A stretch of DNA of 64,000 nucleotides from NCBI GenBank assembly GCA_965113315.1, contig OZ220370.1; one strand, written 5' to 3'. The stretch is from Podarcis vaucheri (Eukaryota). The translations under genes and the position numbers were made by a program. Shown here in pieces: positions 61,154 to 64,000 of this stretch (positions are counted from its first letter, which is position 1; the number at the start of each line of letters is the position of its first letter). Under the pieces are notes generated by a model. The model was not told where the DNA came from. It made no database searches and was given only the letters and a program-made list of their open reading frames with translations.

Positions 61154-63054
61154 TTAGCTCTGAATCATGGTGCATCTGAAGACAAGACATTTTCAAAAAA
61201 AGTCAGTGGAGTCCTAATGTGGTTTCCTATTTTGTCTACTTTTCCTTTAAGTCATCTTGTTTGCTTAGTCATTTCACTTGTCTATGTGTGTGAGCGCAAG
61301 TACTTCTTCTTGACTCGCTTTGTCTGTCTCCCTGATTCCTGGAGTCAGCCAGCAACACGACAGGACTTGCTTGTTTACATAGCTCGGAGGGCTATGACAA
61401 CATATCAGAATGTACAGGTGCCATGCAGTGATGCAGGATCCAATTATGATCAGCCAAACAGACAGTTTAACAGGGAATTTCTTAGCATTCAAACGCTTGC
61501 ATCTCTCATTATGCTCAGTGTAATAACCTGCTTACTTTGTGCCTTTTGTCTCTTCCAAATGAATACTTTTTTTTGCCTATTTTGTTGAAAAAAAACACAA
61601 ATGCGAAACAGTTGTGTTAACTGAGGAGAGAGAGAGAAAAATAAAATTCATAAAACATGTGGTTAAGTGCAATTTCCTCATAATTGCAGCAAATGTGCTG
61701 CCAAGGCAATTGCAAAACGCATTTGTTTTGGTTTGGCCCATTCAGGGGCATTTCAGCCCAGCCTTGTTAACATCAGAAGTGGCCCTGGAAGGTATTGTTC
61801 AAATTCAGACGTGATTGAAGAATCCAGTAACTCTTGTGACATAGACCCATTGTGAAAATTTCTGTCTGCGCAGTATGTGCAGCTTCTAAGTAAGAATCAA
61901 AACATTTTTTCAGCTGGCAGCTTTATATGAAACAGGTGCAAGCAGATGGGATGGAGGAGGTGAACTGCTTATATAATAAGGAGATTAAGAATAAGAGTAC
62001 AAGTGTTTTGATTTGGTAGGGAACAAAATGTGCTTTTTATTGGTATAACTATAGCATGTTTAAGTATCAAATAGCATTTTATTCTTACAGCAATTGATTC
62101 TCACAAAAGATAGGTTCAGCTGAGCTATAGAAAGCAGTCTGAATTGCTATCAGCCAGAACTGGCAAGTGGGGTGTGTGTGTGTGTAGGGTGCCAGGGCTA
62201 TGTCTGCTGACACCACCCCCTCCAAAACCTATTATGTTTAGCAAAAATATCTGAAACGGGCTTCTAAACACATTGGGCTGAAGCCTTCCAGCTGTAGGGA
62301 ACTCTGTGCTATTACAACATTGGAAGTGGTACGTGTGCCCCCAGCCCCCTTCCCACTCTTTGCCCTAGTGAGCTCAGGGTTCACATGTGAGCTTCAGTGT
62401 CAAGGAGGGTTTTGAAGCTGGGAATGGCATCTAAGGGCTTCTTCAGACTGGCAGATTTCTGTGACTGTATTCTGCAACATGTTATAGATGCTAGGGTTGC
62501 TATATGTCTGGTAATTCCTGGACATGTCCTCTTTTGGGGGTCCTACATGCCCATCCAGGGGAAATTTTACATTTGAAAGCAAATGTACTGGATTTCGGTT
62601 TTATTTTTCTGTGTTTGCGCGCGGACAGTTCTGGTTCAGGCTCTGGGTCTGGCACAGGTGACCTGGCTCTGACATGGGTGGCTCAGGTCTGGCGGCGGAG
62701 GGGCTATCGGGTGATTGATGCAATAATTGTGTGTTAGTAGCGGCTTTGTACTGCACCGTCCACACATCATTCCACTTCATTAGTTCTGTAAAGCTTTCCC
62801 AGCGTTACCCCATCACTGACATCTGGAGGGACACTTTTGTGCAATAGCTTGACAAAAGCGTGACAAAACAACAAGACTCAGGACATTGGTGGGATAAAAA
62901 GCTGCAGGATTTCAGCAGGAAGCTACAGGACATGCACCAATTGGAAACAAAGCAGCCTCAAAACTTTTGCAGGAGTAAACAATATTAAAAACACAACAGC
63001 GTCTAACTGCCACACAAATGATCATGAATACACAATACAAGGGATGTCTAGGGG

Positions 63055-63502
63055 CAGGGGCAAAGGAAGACTAACTGTCCCCTGGTGTGGGGTGTCGGGG
63101 GTGGGTCAAACCGTCTGGTGCCACATGCGTGTGCGCCGCATGTACGGCTCATGCTCATGCGCCGTATGTAGCAGTGGCGTGCATGTGCTGCTGGATGGTT
63201 TGCTGACAGCGCTGGGATCTTCTGTTCATGGCTGCAGCAGCGGCAGAAGGATCGTCTGCATAGCTGTCAACTGTCTCCCCTTTTTTAAAGGGAAATACCC
63301 TTATTTCAAATAGGTTTCCTCGCAAGAAAAGGGAAAAGTTGACAGCTATGATCCTCTGCATGTAGCTGCGCGGCGCATTGGTGGCTGCTTGTGCCACCAC
63401 ACCTGGGGTCGGCAGGGCAATCCTCCCATGGGATGCCTACTTGTCACCCCCCTCAGAGATGGCACCTGGGGCAAAGCGCCCCCACCCCTTCCTCCGCCAC
63501 TG
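63055..63502. mobile_element. hAT (Tip100-like) non-autonomous element
   Basis: TIRs CAGGGGCAAAGGAAG / CTTCCTCCGCCACTG with 8-bp TSD TCTAGGGG/TTTAGGGG; CpG-rich. Confidence 0.8.
63259..63350. mobile_element. 92-bp MITE nested inside the 63055 element
   Basis: Perfect 13-bp TIR CATAGCTGTCAAC/GTTGACAGCTATG with 8-bp TSD ATCGTCTG/ATCCTCTG. Confidence 0.88.
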
Positions 63503-64000
63503 TTTAGGGGCCTCCTTAGTGCAGCATCCTGACTACTTTGCTACTGAGAGGCCAAGGAGAGGATAAGTAAAGATGGATTAAAATGTGTACGTGTCTTACT
63601 CCACATTGCTCAATTTTGTCCCACCCTGTTTTTGCCTGACTTCTGGTTGTGCATGTTTGATGTGAGATTCTTAACCACTTCATATCAGCTGTTGGAAGGA
63701 GCTAAATTTTATTCCTGTAATTGATTAAATACACGGACACTGAAGAATAGCTTCAGTGACAGAACGGTCCCCCTCCCCCCACACACACCAGTATTTGCAG
63801 CAGCAGGTTCCAGGTTCCAAAAGTGTGTGTGAAAGAAAAACAAGTGTCTTCATAGGAAGTGCAAAAAGAAGGAGTGGGGGAAGAGGCTGAACAAACTGTA
63901 ACATCACGAGGGGATTTTTACTCCAGGAAAGCACATGAAGAAGTTGCATTGGGTGACATGCATGACCTCAATCTCCTCCCAGCTTGCTAAGACGTTTTAT

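Noticed and set aside
60854-61588. Longest ORF (244 aa)
   Set aside because: It runs through a SINE, has Cys/Leu/Phe-rich non-coding-like composition, and has no recognisable domain.
1-64000. CRISPR arrays, operons, prokaryotic defence or phage systems
   Set aside because: The sequence is vertebrate; there are no regularly spaced repeat-spacer arrays or gene-dense regions.

Overview
This is not prokaryotic DNA. It is AT-rich, CpG-depleted vertebrate genomic sequence. Its repeats (Sauria/Squam1, Squam2-like and Squam3-like SINEs, Bov-B, L2 and CR1 tails, Tc1/mariner and hAT MITEs, solo LTRs) point to a squamate, most likely a lacertid lizard. I find no protein-coding exon I can name. The ORF track is essentially noise; the only ORF I recognise is a Bov-B RT C-terminal fragment. 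The window looks like the 5' end and first intron(s) of a large unidentified + strand gene, with a probable non-coding first exon ending at 14595 next to a 132-N gap. There is also a candidate divergent spliced minus-strand transcript and several enhancer/promoter-like islands. Best leads: (1) a family of solo LTRs carrying an ENE-like hairpin with a U-rich internal loop, upstream of a shared AATAAAGTTGTGGC-type poly(A) signal where that end survives; (2) a 111-bp, ~93% identical inverted repeat around a 2.5-kb spacer; (3) the divergent multi-exon antisense transcript. All family names come from recall of consensus sequences, not from a database search.
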